Shown: positions 34,093-48,099 of the stretch, piece after piece
Numbering within the stretch: the first letter of the stretch is position 1
Layout of the letters: each line of letters opens with the position of its first letter
Origin: Psammoneis japonica
Lineage: Eukaryota
Reading direction: 5' to 3'
Length of the DNA stretch: 64,000 nucleotides
Assembly (NCBI GenBank): GCA_008632985.1
Contig: QPGO01000006.1
Span: 248,001-312,000, forward strand
Translations under genes and position numbers: made by a program
The notes under the pieces: model-generated
Databases searched by the model: none
Told to the model about the DNA's origin: nothing
The model's input: the letters and a program-made list of their open reading frames with translations, nothing else

Positions 34093-36767
34093 CTATTTAA
34101 TCTTTGCAACTGGTGAACTGTGGTACTTGATATCCAGTCTCTGCCCACCAAAAGAGTACCCGTCAGTTCTTGTAACATCAAATATCTTTCCTGCTTCTTG
34201 ATATGAGACGTACATGTGAAGATTGTCAGGACTGAATCCTAGTCCCGTTGTTTCGCCACTGAATTCCTCCCCAGTTGCTTCAAGGATTGTGTAATAGTTC
34301 CCTTGTTGATCTCGCGAATGAATGCCAGTGACGTTGCCCCCTTCTTCACAAAAGTAGAGCATGTCATTTTCCCCACCTACCAACCTTGCGACTTGGTCGG
34401 GACTGCCATCGAATGCACCACCTCGTGTTGAAGATCTCGTGTATCGGCGGTTGTCAATGTCAATGATGAAAAGATGCTTATCTTGCTTGCACGTAATGTA
34501 AAGCAAGCCTTCTCGAAAATCGATTCCTTCGCAGTTTTCTGAATGATCCAGTGCACTTTGCTGTCCATCTAGCAAGATGGGCGACCAACTAAACTTACCA
34601 CGAGAGTCGTTAAATTCGCTAGGCTCCAACACCAAATAGTCAATCCTAGCGGTGCCCGTTGCATTTGAATGCAACAGCTCGCTAAAGTCATTTGTTCGTA
34701 GCGCCGTCTTCACGGCATCTCTATCCGGGGTGTACCTCACGATTGGCCCGTCCGATGCATCTGTGGTAATGAAAAATTTTGGTTTTGTGGAGTCTCTATT
34801 ATCATATGCAGCACTTTCATACAAATTGCCTTGACCACCCATTAATGTCTTTCTACCTTCACTTCTACCCCATGGATCTACCTCCCATACTTGTCCATCT
34901 AACGCAAGTATTGTGTAGAAAGAAAATACTAGGAGATTAGTGAAGTTCAATAGCATACCGTAACACAGGTTGATATCTTGCACTTACTCTCGATTTCTGA
35001 AAATAGTTTTTGAACAAGGAAGAATGTTAGGAGTTTGCGATTACCAACAGTGAAATTTATATGGTCAGGTTATTTTGGCACATTCGCTCTCACCTTCACA
35101 AGTCATCCATGTTCCCCACCATGTCTTCCCCCCACCGCAATTCCGGACAGTGGATTTCTCCTTCAGTACCATTTTGTAGTCAATCACTTCCCCATCAGGA
35201 TTAAACGTAATTGCACCAACGCCTGCAATGAAGAAAAAGCGCGTTAAATTATCAAAAACAGCTCAATGCGTCAAGGCGGCTGGGCAAAGGGGCCCCAAGC
35301 GCTTACCTCCATAGTTTCGAGACTCGGCGTTGGAGACATAGATCCATCCACCCGTCTCTGTATCTGCAAACACTCCCGCACCATCTGGCGCCTTATGAAA
35401 TCGTTCTTCGGACTCACCGCCTCCAAAGAGTGGTACTCGAACACGTTCCTCGGCAATAACGCGAGCCGTGAGACCTGTAGAAAGCACGAGACCGTTTTCG
35501 CGCACAGTAAGCTCGCCAGCTTTAAACGTCTCTGGACCTTTTGGAGGTTCATAACAATATGAGACACCCTCGACACTGCCAGACCCGGCATTGATACAGC
35601 CTGGAACAAAATGAGTGGTACTGGATCGTTCAAAGCAGTAGAGCCCCTTTCCACAATGGTTATCTTTGCCACCACAGTCGCCTTGGCACTTTCCACACTT
35701 GGAAGAACGACTGCAAGTGCCTGTGTTTTGGAGGGAAATGGTTGATTTGGGGCGCTCCTCAGGTGCAGGAACAGAAGCTGCTTTCTCTTGTTGTTGCTCA
35801 ATGCAGTATCCAATTTCCTTGAATCCATAGCCACTACATCCAGGGACGATACTATTACTATCACCGTCGCCACGGTGACACACAAGTTCCGATCTGCAAT
35901 CTGAGTCCACTGTGCAGTCTCCTTGGCAAATCCCAAGAGGGAACGCATCCTGTGGTTCTCTATCCTTCGCAACCCTGACGAGGACCTTTTCACTTTCATC
36001 GGGAGCATAACAATAATCAATGCCGGCTTCTCCTTTGCCAGAACAACCATTTACCTCTTCATTTTCGGTTCGACTCTTGCAGGACAAGCCCAACTGGCAT
36101 TGCCTGTCGCTATCACAGTCACCCTCACACAAGCCAATAGGATACAATTCAGGATCTGTTTTCTTGTCGCCCACCACGACAAGTTCCGGCAGCTCTCCAA
36201 AACAGTAATTCTTCCATGGCAAACCCACCCCGTTGCAACCGGGAATAGGGTCGTCCCTATAGCGGTTATAACACTGCAGTCCGGCTTTACAGTCAGAGTC
36301 TGTATCGCAAGTACCCTCGCAACGCCCAAGGGGATAGGCGTCTCGAGGTTTCCCCTTTTCCGCCATGAGCACCAACGTCGTTCCCTTGACTGGTCGATAG
36401 CAATAATCCTTGCCTGTTTCGGCGTATCCTTTACAACCCAAAACATCTTCATTATTATATGAAAGCAACGGCGGCAATTGGCAATGTGAGTTAACAAGTG
36501 AGAGAATCGATTTTGGCAACCTCTCCCTTAAAGAGAGAGAGAGAGAGAGAGAAGATTTGTCTCCTCACCTTCATCGCGGCGGCGCTGGGCACACACCAAA
36601 CCATACTGACAGTCACTATCGTCATCGCAGTCACCTTGGCACAAGCCCAACTCGTGTGATCCGCCTTCGACGTTGCCAATCATGTCAAAGTCAACGTCTG
36701 CGGCAACCGTTGCAGCACCAGGTGCGATGTGCAGACAATCAAAGCACATTTTAACAAAAGTTGACAT
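34093..36767 (-). CDS. Frustulin-repeat/PhoX fusion, copy 3 (multi-exon; 5' end uncertain)
   Basis: 5 C(E/Q)G(D/T)C repeats, then HKAPDGAGVF, YVSNAE, YESAAYD, CEGID, ETTGLGFSPD and GQRLDIKYH. Confidence 0.75.
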
Positions 36768-37228
36768 TGCTATCGTTCTTATTATGATTGTTGATACTGT
36801 TAGTGTTGTGATGATTGCAACAGTGCAATTCTGGTATTGCTGGCAAAGCGGTGGGGTCTTTTGTTGTGGTTGCGGGGCGATTTTTTTGTGGAGACCAAGA
36901 AACTTTGCGAATGACCGGGGGCATAAATCAAAAACGTACAATGTCCCAAGAGTCATTGTGACCACATAAAAATAATCTTCGCAAATGAATAACAAAAATA
37001 TGCAAAATTCGACCACACGTAGATTTAATACCAAGTCCCACGAAGTCGCGTTGTCGGACGACGTGAAGACACGACGGAAGCGAAAAGATCGCGAAAGATC
37101 CAACAAAGCGCGACCACAAAGAGCATTGCATGGGACTTGCGTCTTCTGGTGTCGCTATCGTTGTTTGATCACTACACCCGCTCTCTATAGAACGCTCTCT
37201 TCAGTTTGATAATACATATTGCATCAGC

Positions 37229-40200
37229 ATGACTGAAACAGCAACAGCCATGGACACGACGACGGCGTCGGAAGGTATGTTATTCGTGAACATCATTCGT
37301 CACGTAGATTTTGTACTGGAGCTCACGTAACGTCTCGTTCCTGAATCGTGCGCGTAGTCGACGAGAAGCTCTATTCTCGACAGCTCTATGTCATGGGCCA
37401 TGAAGCACAGCGCCGCATGATGGCGAGTCGGGTAGTCATGGTGGGAGCGTCAGGACTTGGCGTCGAGGTGGCCAAGAATTGTGTGCTTGCCGGCATTTCG
37501 TCGCTCACCTTGGTCGATCCCAGTCCAGTCACGAGTTATGATTTGGGAGGGAATTTCTATCTTTCGGAAAATCAAATCGGGCAGAGCAACAAGGCAGGTC
37601 TGATTCAATCGTCACTCTCCCAACTCAATCCTCATGTCGAAGTCAATTTGGCTACCGTGGCAGACTTGTCGGTCGAATCGCTCTTGCCTCTTATTGCTGA
37701 TAAGGCTGCTCTCGTTGTTTCTGTTCCTCTAAGTGAAGACACAATTTGCGCGCTTGACGAAGCTTGCCGTCAACAAAAGTGTTGTTTATTTACGCCACAG
37801 TCGCGGGCGTCTTTGGCAAAGTCTTTTGTGACTTTGGAGAAGGATTCACCGTGTCGGACAAGGACGGAAATCCTCCAGCTACATCTCAAGTCGAGTCGAT
37901 TCTTCCAGAGAATCCAGTCGTGGTCAAGGTGTTGGAGGATGCGGGACGTCACGGTTTGGAAACGGGCGATTCCGTAAGCTTTTCAAGACTGGTCGGTATG
38001 GAATTTCTGCAAGATGGTGTCCACAAGGTCAAGGTGACGGGGCCCTTTACGTTTGAACTCGAGGGCGTTGACGGTACGGCTTGTGCTACACCCGCCACAC
38101 AGGGATACATTTCTCAAGTCAAGCAGCCCACCACAGTCTCCTTCAAGTCGTACAAGGAGGCGGTCGAGAATCCTGGTGAAATGTTGCTGTACGACTTTGC
38201 AAAGATGGATCGTCCGCCTCTGTTGCATTTGGCATTCAAGGCTTTGCAGAAGTATGCCGAGTCGCGCGGAGCCGCTTTGCCGACTCCCGGCAATGCGCAA
38301 GAGGCGCAGGCCGTGCTGGAGATTTGCAAGTCCATGGACAAGGAAAATATCGTATCGACTCCCGAAACGGAACGCCTCGTTCTGCAATTGGCCTCGGGCT
38401 CGTCGGCCATTCTGTCACCCATGTGTGCCGCTCTGGGTGGTATTGTTGGACAAGAAGTTTTGAAAGCTTGCAGTGGCAAATTTACGCCAATCAATGGTTT
38501 CTTTTATTTTGATGCTGCTGAGTGTTTGCCGACGACCTGTTGCCGCCTGACGAGGTTCCCCGACCAATTCAAGATATGATTCTCAGATTGCCTGTTTCGG
38601 CAAGACGGCACAAGAAAATCTGATGAAACTCAATTACTTTTTGATTGGAGCCGGAGCGATCGGTTGTGAAATGCTCAAGAATTGGGCGCTCATGGGCGTA
38701 GCGTGTGGACCCAGCGGTCGAGTCCATGTAACCGACATGGATCGGATCGAGAAATCCAATCTCTCGCGACAGTTCTTGTTTCGCAATTCCGACATTAATG
38801 ATTCAAGAGCACCACGGCATGTCGTGCTGTGCAGGAAATGAATCCATCCTTTCAAGTCACGGCGTATCAAGAAAAAGTGGCTCCTGATACAGAATATCTG
38901 TTTGGGGACGACTTCTATGACAAACTTCACGGTGTTTGCACCGCTCTGGACAACGTGGAAGCTCGTCTCTATGTCGATCAGCGTTGTCTCTTTTACCGAT
39001 TGCCCATGTTGGAAAGTGGTACGCTTGGTACTAAGGGCAACACCCAAGTAGTGGTTCCGCACTTGACGGAAAACTATGGAGCTACTCGGGATCCCCCGGA
39101 AAAATCGATTCCGGTGTGCACGTTGAAGAACTTTCCAAATCAAATCCAACACACGTTGCAGTGGGCGCGTGATTATTTCGAGGGAGAGTTCAAGCAGAGT
39201 GCCGAAGAAGTGAATTCGTATTTGAGCACACCGCCGGATGTGTACGCAGAAAACCTGGAACCCAACACCAAAGTGGAGACGCTGCGTACGATTCGTCGTA
39301 CGCTGGTCGACGAACGGCCCGTGACCTTTGACGATTGCATCGTGTGGGCACGTAACAAGTTTGAAACACTCTTTCACAACCAAATTGCTCAGTTGCTTCA
39401 CAACTTTCCGGAAGATCAAGTCACTTCGAGTGGAGCCAAGTTCTGGTCGGGATCCAAGCGTTGTCCGAAACCTCTTGAGTTCAATTTGGACCACGTCTGT
39501 GATGATGCGCAAATGCGGAACCACTTGGATTTCATTGTCGCGGCTGCCAATTTGCGTGCCACCATGTATGGGATCAAGGGACGAACCGACGAGGAGTACT
39601 TTCGCGGTGTTTTGAAGGATGTCATTGTTCCAGACTTTTCGCCGGCAGAGGGTGTGAAGATTGCTGCCAACGATGCCGAAGAAGAACAATCGAAGAACAA
39701 GGACATGACGGAGGACGACGACGTGGAAGCGGATGACTTGTGGAACTCTCTTCCCAAGCAGGGTGAACTGGCAGGCATGCGTTTGCAACCGATCGATTTT
39801 GATAAGGACGTCGATGACCATATGCTATTTGTAACTTCTTGTTCGAATCTACGTGCGCTCAACTACTCCATCCCCACGGAAGATACCCACCGCTCCCGTG
39901 CCATTGCGGGTCGTATCATCCCGGCTATTGCCACCACGACGGCGCTCGTGACGGGCCTCATTTGTATGGAGTTGTACAAATTGTCGGCACGGCTCGCAAG
40001 GAACTCAAGATTGATGCCTACAAGAACGCTTTTTGCAACTTGGCCATCCCCTTCTTCACGCTGAGTGAACCCCAGCCACCCGCCACGACTAAAGCCATGC
40101 TACAGGGCAAGGAGTGGAACTGGACTGCGTGGGATAGTTTGGATATGAACGAGGAGATATTACCATGGGCGAGTTCATGTCTCTTTTTGAGAAAAAGTAC

Positions 40201-40434
40201 AACCTGGAAATCTCCATGCTGAGCTACGGCGTTTCTATTCTGTACTCGTTCTTTGCCAACAAGAAAAAGGTGGAGGAGCGAAAGCAAATGAGAATGTCCG
40301 AGGTGATTACCTCCATTACAAAGAAGGAGTTCCCTCCAAATCAACTCTTTATCATTCTAGAGGTGATAGCCAATGACATGGACAACCCAGACGAGGAAGT
40401 CGAGTTGCCCTACGTGAAGTTCAGGTTTCGTTAG
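37229..40434 (+). CDS. UBA1: Ubiquitin-activating enzyme E1; intron 37275-37357; at least 5 apparent 1-nt frameshifts
   Basis: [42 protein letters not shown], catalytic [19 protein letters not shown] and a C-terminal UFD. Confidence 0.95.
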
Positions 40435-41073
40435 ATAGTGGGGATTTGACATCTGTCGGCTGGTGTTGTTTCGACACCGATAGGGACATTTTGTGGTACT
40501 GTAGGGATAGAAGTAAAGCGATAAGCACCAGTCTCATTGTCTGCGCTCAGGATAATGATATGGTCTGAATGCCGTCTCTCGTGCCACTTTGCATCAGCAA
40601 CGCTAAGATCAGCATTCTCGAACAACACACACAAGCACACCTAGTAGTCTCGGACGACCTACGATAATTTCGACATAAGTGAAGAGTTGCAGTGGATACG
40701 GACTAAACGTTGATCATATGCTATTATCCAGACAACCGAAATCCAACGTGGGCGAGGAGATTAAATCGAGGAAATCGAACTGCGGTCAACAACCTATACC
40801 GAGCTCTCGGGAGGTTAACTAAACAATGCCCTGTTCCTACCGTATCATGCAACCAGAGGCCAAGAAGAATGCCTCGGACCGACCAGAAGTTTCAAGTTCA
40901 TTTTAATGTCCTCTTCATGCCGTATATCCTTATTTTATGTTTATTGTTATATAATTACCTAAATATATATAAAGTTACAACGCATCCTACCCAAAATTTG
41001 AATTTCAAAAAGTAGAGAAGACAACACTTTCTATTGTTTTGTTGCTCTGTTGCAATCACACAACCGCCACAAC

Positions 41074-42407
41074 ATGAGGCACCATTTGACCTCTATTGTG
41101 TGCAAACTCGTCATGGCAGGCTTTGCCGTGCGACATGTTGCAGCTGCGTCAAACACCATCACGATCGTTCGCTCACGTGCATTGAATGAAGGCGACGGGG
41201 CTACCCTAGGTTCACCGGCTGCTACTGCAGAAGTGGATATAGATCCGTCAGGAATCAAAAACGTGCCCTCTATTACTCTTCAAGGACTAGAAGATGACCA
41301 ATCAATGGTTTTCAGCCATCAGACACTTGGTGGTGGCAACGAGAACTACTGGTACGGCGAAATGGACGGAGAACACTCCGGGTCCGCTACACTTATTCAA
41401 GATCCGGAAGGTAAAATTACAGGATCATTCTCGGATGAAAATAATGTCTATCAAATGAATACATTACCTGACGGTACTGTCAAAGTAGACACATTCTCAT
41501 ATGATCAGTTCAAAGACGACGGAAATTTTGTTAGTTCTGGAGGACTCACACTTGGTGGCGGCAATCGTCACCTTTCCAACTTGCGAGGAGCTGTTCAGAA
41601 TAAGACAAAAGCTCGCGAGCTTCGATCGACAGTTGTGGATGTGCTTGTTGTTTACACGAGGCAAGCAATGTGCGCTGAAGCAGGGAAAAGAAAGAAGTGC
41701 AAAAACAAAAACAAGGGGGCAATCGAGGCTCGCATCAAACTTGCTGAGGCTGAAACGAATCTTTCGTACGATAATTCCGGAATCGATGCAAGAATCAATG
41801 TCGTACACATGCATCTTGATGAGTCTGATTTCAACGAGCTCAACGGTGATTTGGAGAAAATGGTCTCTGCACTGGAGGATACTGACGGATATTTAGATTA
41901 TGTTCAGGATTTGCGCAATAGAGTAAAAGCAGACCTTGTGACCATGATTGTCGAGTCCGGAGAATATTGTGGATTTGGAAACGTAGGAAAACCTTTCTCT
42001 GTTACAAAGCGCATATGCTCTACTGGGTATTTCAGCTTTGGCCATGAAATCGGTAAGAGATGGTTGGAGCAATTTTAAAGAGAAAGAAGAGTGAAATGAA
42101 CGAGATGTCTTTCTTACTTTCTCCATTTATTCGTGACAACTTTCTTTCAATAGCGCATAACATGGGATGCTATCACGATCGTCAGAGCTCTCAGGGTTTT
42201 CAGCACGTGTTCGCACATGGATACCAAGATCCAAGCGAGAGGTTTCGTTCGATTATGGCTAGCGACTGTTTGAGCCGCAGCTGCAGACGTGTGCCCATGT
42301 ACTCAAATAGGAGTCACAAGTACAATGGCAGTTCTATCGGTAATTTTTTTAATGATTGTGCACGTCAAATCGACCTTAATGCTCCAACGGTTGCCGCATG
42401 GCGATGA
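41074..42407 (+). CDS. Secreted metzincin zinc peptidase (reprolysin-like / M12-M72 type), copy 1; intron 42053-42153
   Basis: Signal peptide and prodomain, VDVLVVYT, HEI|AHNMGCYH spanning the intron, and Met-turn FRSIMA. Confidence 0.85.
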
Positions 42408-42781
42408 CTTGTCATCCGATATGTGTTAAGGTAAGGTAGCGATAATGTAAACGAAGAAATTTTGCTTTCAGGTCACGTGGTCGTAAGAGTCATTCTGCCA
42501 GCTGATTTTGGCGGTTTTGCCAAACACTCGTGTTCGAGTTGCTCTATTCAAACGTACACCGCGGACGACATGCCTCATTCTACAAGTTAGTATTGACGCA
42601 GTTATGGGTGGAGCCAGGTTCTGTTGGCTGTCCGTGAGTCAAAAACTGGTTCTTCAGCTGGAGAGGGAAAAGTAAATACCATATTGGCCGTCTTAATGTT
42701 TACGGTGACCTTAGGAGAGACTTCGCATGGTCTCTAGACTACGACCACCACTCTTGATCTCGCACAACACACGGTACATGC

Positions 42782-44586
42782 CTATCGCCATTCAGAAATG
42801 AATGCCTCATACGTTGAAGAGCCAACATTGGTTTGTTTCATGTCGACGATGGGTTCTTTCCAATCCACGTGACCTACGCTTTGCGATTCTTCCCAAGTAA
42901 TTGATTTTCCAGCTCCACGACATCCGATTTCTACCTCCAAGGTACTCGATTTGAGAACCACCAAGAAGAAAAAGAAGGGGTAGCTGACAATTACGCTCTC
43001 GCCTGGAGCCAATGTGAGTTTGTAGACTCGACACTTGTCTCGCGTCTTTATGAGTTCGTGGTGCTCGGCTACAAGTGGGATTGCTGCCACAACGGGTGGC
43101 TGCTTCAAGACTTCGGCATCGATACATAGCATTGTCTTTGATGTCTTGTTTGTAATCTTGTGAACAAGTGGCTTGTCCGATTTGTGTGTGCCGTAACGAA
43201 CCTCTCCAAATTCCATACAGTCACAAGCTGGATCCGAACCTTTCACATGATTGACAACTTCTAAGCCTCCCTCCACTAGAAAGAAGTACAAACTATCTTC
43301 TGCATGACGATGTGCCAGAGTCGTGTCGTTGGGAGGGAACGACACTCGAAGTGCTCGAACGTATTCATTTGAGATCACCACGTTGTGTCGGGGCTCATCA
43401 CCAACCTCCAGAATTTCTTCCTTAGTCCCATCACTCATATGCCAGAAATCGCCCACATTATCACCCTCCTGACGTGGCTTGTCGCGTTTTTTCCCTACTG
43501 GAACGCCCGTAACTTGTTCGTAAACCTTGACAACTTGTGAATCATCCTTCCTGCCGTAACCCATGCTTTGTCCAGAAATAAACTGCTGCAACGCGGCGCT
43601 GGCCACAGGAATGGGAGATTGCAATGCCTTGGCTTCCTTGTATACAATATCCAAATCCTTCACAAAAATAGCTAGTGCACTCATCACGTCCGGTTCGTCC
43701 CCGCAAATCATTCTGCAAGCCAGACGGCAGCATTGTAAGCATTAGAAGTGATTGGGTAGAGAGTGCAGTAGTGAATGCTGGTTTGTTTGAATTTATGTTT
43801 TAAGCACGTACCTCTTGCCGCGATCTGTAAACATCCAACTCGCTCCAGCAGCGCCATTGACAATGTCGTACATTTGTTGAACGTCGAGTCCAGCCTTGGC
43901 TGCCAGCGCTAACGCTTCAGCCGCACAGCAAATGTGTACTCCCGCCAGCAATTGATGAACCATCTAGAAGAATGCGACAATAGTAGAGAAGTATGAGTGC
44001 TTGTGAACGAACCATGCAGCTAGTCGACAAGTTCCTACCTTGACTGTGGACGCCATGCCAGCTCCACCGGGAACAACATGCACGTCACTTCCTAAATCAT
44101 TCAAAAGGGGCATGACTAGCTCAAGACTTGAATCCTCTCCACTAGTCATGATTGTGAGATCGCCTTTGGAAGCACGGACGGGTCCGCCGCTAATGGGACT
44201 GTCGACAAAGTGAATATCTCTCGTCTGAAATTTGGCATGGGCCCGTCTGACAAATGTTGCTGTCACTGTAGAGCACAACACAACACATGAGCCTTTGGGA
44301 AGCAAATTAAACAAACAGGAGTCTGTATCCCCAAAGCAGACCTGATCGCATTGGTCTTCATTCACCAGCACCAAAAATACAACGTTGGTTGTTTCTCCAA
44401 CAGCATCGCTGAGCGTTTTGGGCGGCCTTTGACCCGCCTTGCCAATTGCTTGGGATTCCTTATGGAAAGTCTCAACAAGAGCCTCGGATCTATCATATCC
44501 CATGACGACTCTGTAAGAGATGATTTTAGTAGAGATTTTGCCATGCCTCCGCCCATGGCGCCAATGCCAACGACCGTAACATTCAT
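42782..44586 (-). CDS. LtnD/YgbJ-like beta-hydroxyacid (L-threonate) dehydrogenase with a C-terminal cupin-like extension; introns 43964-44038 and 43713-43811; one frameshift at about 44505
   Basis: GIGAMGGGMA, DSPISGG, KMVHQLLAGVHI..AAEA..AAGASWMF and IFVKDL. The C-terminus has TLAHRH..SLYFFLV..HKITN. Confidence 0.8.
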
Positions 44587-45106
44587 GACGACTTGGCTGA
44601 TGCTTCTTCGATTCCTTCGGTCAACCTTCTACAGCATTTATTGGACTCCAAGATGAACTAGGCAGACAGTCGAATTCGATTTTGCTACGTTTCTTCGGGC
44701 GCCATTCGTCTTGCTTCCTCAGTCCTCAGTCTCATCGCTTCTGAACACATCAGCATCACACCGGTATCAGTACTGTACCTACCGGTACTATGAATACTCT
44801 ATTGTGTTGTCGTACGTGTATGTACCTCTTTTTTTGAGGCATGGAAATTTCCAAAAATATTTTTCCCTAAGTGCTCCATAAAATGCATCCTCCATTCATT
44901 AGGGTTCATATGAATATTTTAGCTCAATGTTTGCAACAGTAAGATAATTGAATCTATTAGGGATTGATTATGCACTAACAATTGCATTTAGTGACAGTTT
45001 TGTATGTGCTATGTATAAAACATTTGATTACAAAATTTTTTGAATTTGAGTCAAAAATCTGATCCCGGCCCTCTTCTTATTTCTTGTCATCACAAGTTAT
45101 CACACC

Positions 45107-46445
45107 ATGAGGCTTCTTTTGACCTCAATTGTGTGCAAACTTGTCATGGCAGGCTTTGCCGTGCGACACGTTGCTGCTGCGTCAAACACCATCACCATTG
45201 TTCGCTCCCGTGCATTGAATGAGGACAACGGGGCAACCCTTGGTTCACCAGCGGCTACTGCAGAAGTGGATATCGACCCGTCAGGAATTGCAAATATCCC
45301 TTCTCTTACGCTGCAAGGTCTTGAAGACGACCAGTCCATGGTCTTCAGCAAGCAAACACTTGGCGGTAATAACGGGCACTACTGGTACGGCGAAATGGAC
45401 GGAGAACACTCCGGTTCTGCAACTCTCATTCAAGATCGACAAGGCAAAATTACTGGGTCATTCTCTGATGAGAATAATGTATATCAAATGAACACTTTAT
45501 CTGATGGTACTGTAATCGTGGACACATTCTCATATGACCAGTTCAAAGACGATGAACTAGTCGATGAGAATGGGTCTGAAGACGTCGAAGGACTCACGCT
45601 TGGTGGTGACAACCGTCAACTTTCCAAATTACGTGGTACTGGCATAAATGAGACAAGCAGTCGTGAACTTGCATCCGCAACTGTGGATGCGCTTGTCGTT
45701 TACACGAGACAAGCAATGTGCGCTGAAGCAGGAAAAGGCAAGAACTGTGACGACAGCCACAAGGGGGCAATCGAGGCTCGAATCAAACTTGCCGAGAGTG
45801 AGACGAATCTTTCGTTCGAAAACTCTGGGATCAAAGCGATAGTCAATGTTGTACACATGCAGCTTGATGATTCTGGTTTCAGCGAACTCAACGGTGATTT
45901 TCTGAATATTCTCGATGCGCTCCAAGGTACTAGTGACGGATATTTAGACTACGTTCACGATTTGCGCGATAGAGTGAAAGCAGACATTGTGTCCATGATT
46001 GTTGAGTCAGGGGTTACTGTGGTTATGGTAACGTTCAAGAGCCTTTCTCCATTATAAAGCGCATATGTTCCACAGGTTACTACAGTTTTGGCCATGAAAT
46101 CGGTAATGCATGGCTGGAGTGTTTTGATGGAATACCGCAATACAAGTTTGTGCTCATCTTTTTTCTTTTGTTCCTCGTCACGTTCACTAAATAGCTCATA
46201 ACATGGGATGTTACCATGATCGTCGAAACTCTTATAAACAGCATGGCTATGCACATGGATACCAAGACTCAAGCCAAAGGTTTCGATCAGTCATGGCATA
46301 CAACTGTCGGAGCAGAAACTGCAGACGGGTGCCAATGTACTCAAGCAGGAACCTCAAGTTCAAGGGAAATAAAATCGGCAATAAGAGTAATGACTGTGCT
46401 CGTCAAATTGATTTTATGGCCCCAGAGGTTGCCAAGTGGCGATAG
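45107..46445 (+). CDS. Secreted metzincin peptidase, copy 2; intron 46103-46194; frameshift at about 46010
   Basis: Close paralogue of 41074-42407, with HEI|AHNMGCYH and FRSVMA. Confidence 0.8.
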
Positions 46446-46822
46446 ATTGACGTTCCGTATGTGCTCTCCAGCAAACTACGCAAAAGCCCAATAAAATGAA
46501 AAGTAATCCTTCGCGTCGGGTTGACGAACTCATCTTACTCGGTTCTACGATAGGAGCCGACAGATACTTAAGTTCTGTTTATAACGAGTTGCAAACAGCT
46601 AGTCCAACAATATAGGGGTCCATTATATTTCGGGCCATCGACTGGGACATGTGATCAGGCACAATCTAGTAGCTCCTGACTACTGCATCGCACACGGAAA
46701 ACAAGAATCCAACACTGAATTGTATGCCTAAAGGAATTCGATTGCACCCCCTACAAAATACCAAATCTAGCATTTTGCAATTTTCGACATGTACACCAAC
46801 AAAACCAGATCATTCACGACCC

Positions 46823-47612
46823 TCATTCTGTGGGTGCGGCAGCTTTCACGACGCTAGCAGAAGATTCTACGGGAGCCACATTACTAGCTACCCACTCCTT
46901 CATTGGTTCTGCAATAGATGTCGATGCTCCATTTGCTGCAACTCGACTCCAATCTTCGCTTTACGAGCGAAGAGGAGTTCGTTCCACAGAAAAGTAGAAC
47001 TTTGCCTCTGCGAAACGGTAAACGAGAGGGTGTGAGAGGATGCAGCCAGAAATCGAACCAATGTGAACATCTAAAACAGAATTTGAAACCGCATCGTGTA
47101 ATGGTTCTGAAAATTTGGGCCCAGTATTGATACCAGCCTCGGCCTTCCTTCGCTCTTCTGGGGTCATTTGGCAACATCATCAAGAGCATCCTAGCAGTCT
47201 GGCAATTCGGTTTTCGGAGGATTCTCAATTCTCTCTGCAGTGTGCCTTGACAGCGACTGATTGTGTCAGCGTGAATACATTCAAGGTGAGCCAGTAAATG
47301 ATGGTCATACCGGCAGGCACCTGGAGCGAATTGTATCCAATCAGGAGAGGCAAAACTTCAGCATATGTCGCGACTCCTTGTCCTCGTCAGACTTTTTATC
47401 ATCAGGCGGCTGCGACAGCACACTCATGGTGAAGCTCTGACCCAAGACGACAACAATCGGCATCACGAGGTAAGCAATGGCGGTTCCCCATCCAATTGGA
47501 AGAGTTGGGAGAATGAACCATCCGACACCCAACCACTTGTGAGCCCCGCCATTGCACGATAGGTGGGAGCAGTATCAGGACCTTCTAGAGAGACGGGATC
47601 CAAAGAAATGCA
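46823..47612 (-). pseudogene. 5'-truncated ALB3/YidC insertase fragment
   Basis: FLWIPS-LEGP, IGWGTAIAYLVMPIVVVLGQSFTMSVL and LPLLIGY..LQVPAGMTIYW. Frameshifted, with no N-terminal half upstream. Confidence 0.65.
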
Positions 47613-48099
47613 GAACCATCTCAATTTCCATAATTTCGAGACAAATGCCGCGCCCTCGGAAAACGCCTCACTTTTCGTTTTGGCTCATAGGTGGAGATGA
47701 AATCAAATTTTGACTTCAAAATTTTGAATGCCTCGAACATACTTGCCTCCACCTGAAACTAAAACAATCGGCCTTAGCTGGCACCTTCGAACGTGGTATC
47801 CTAATATGCATGATTGAATGTTTTACGTGGGAACGGAAAGATAATATCATTGTTGGTGATCACAACGGAAAATTTTAAATGTGACTTTACAAAAGTCATT
47901 TAGATATTTTAGCTGAATACCTCGAGTATATGAGTCATATTAAATGATTCTATCCTTCAGATAATATAGAAAAATTGCCGTTGAATTTTTTTGAAAAAAT
48001 CAACTCCCTTTTTTTTTTTCAAGAAAGATCTTCCCTTCATCTTTCCTAACTCTCTCATTTTTCCACGTTGGTGTCTTGAACGAAACAAAACCACTCAAC

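Noticed and set aside
38634..39821. 395-aa antisense ORF
   Set aside because: It is a shadow of UBA1 codon usage with no domain features.
37770..40165. Programmed ribosomal frameshifting in UBA1 and other genes
   Set aside because: No common slippery motif, and breaks are scattered over many unrelated genes. Sequencing indels are more parsimonious.
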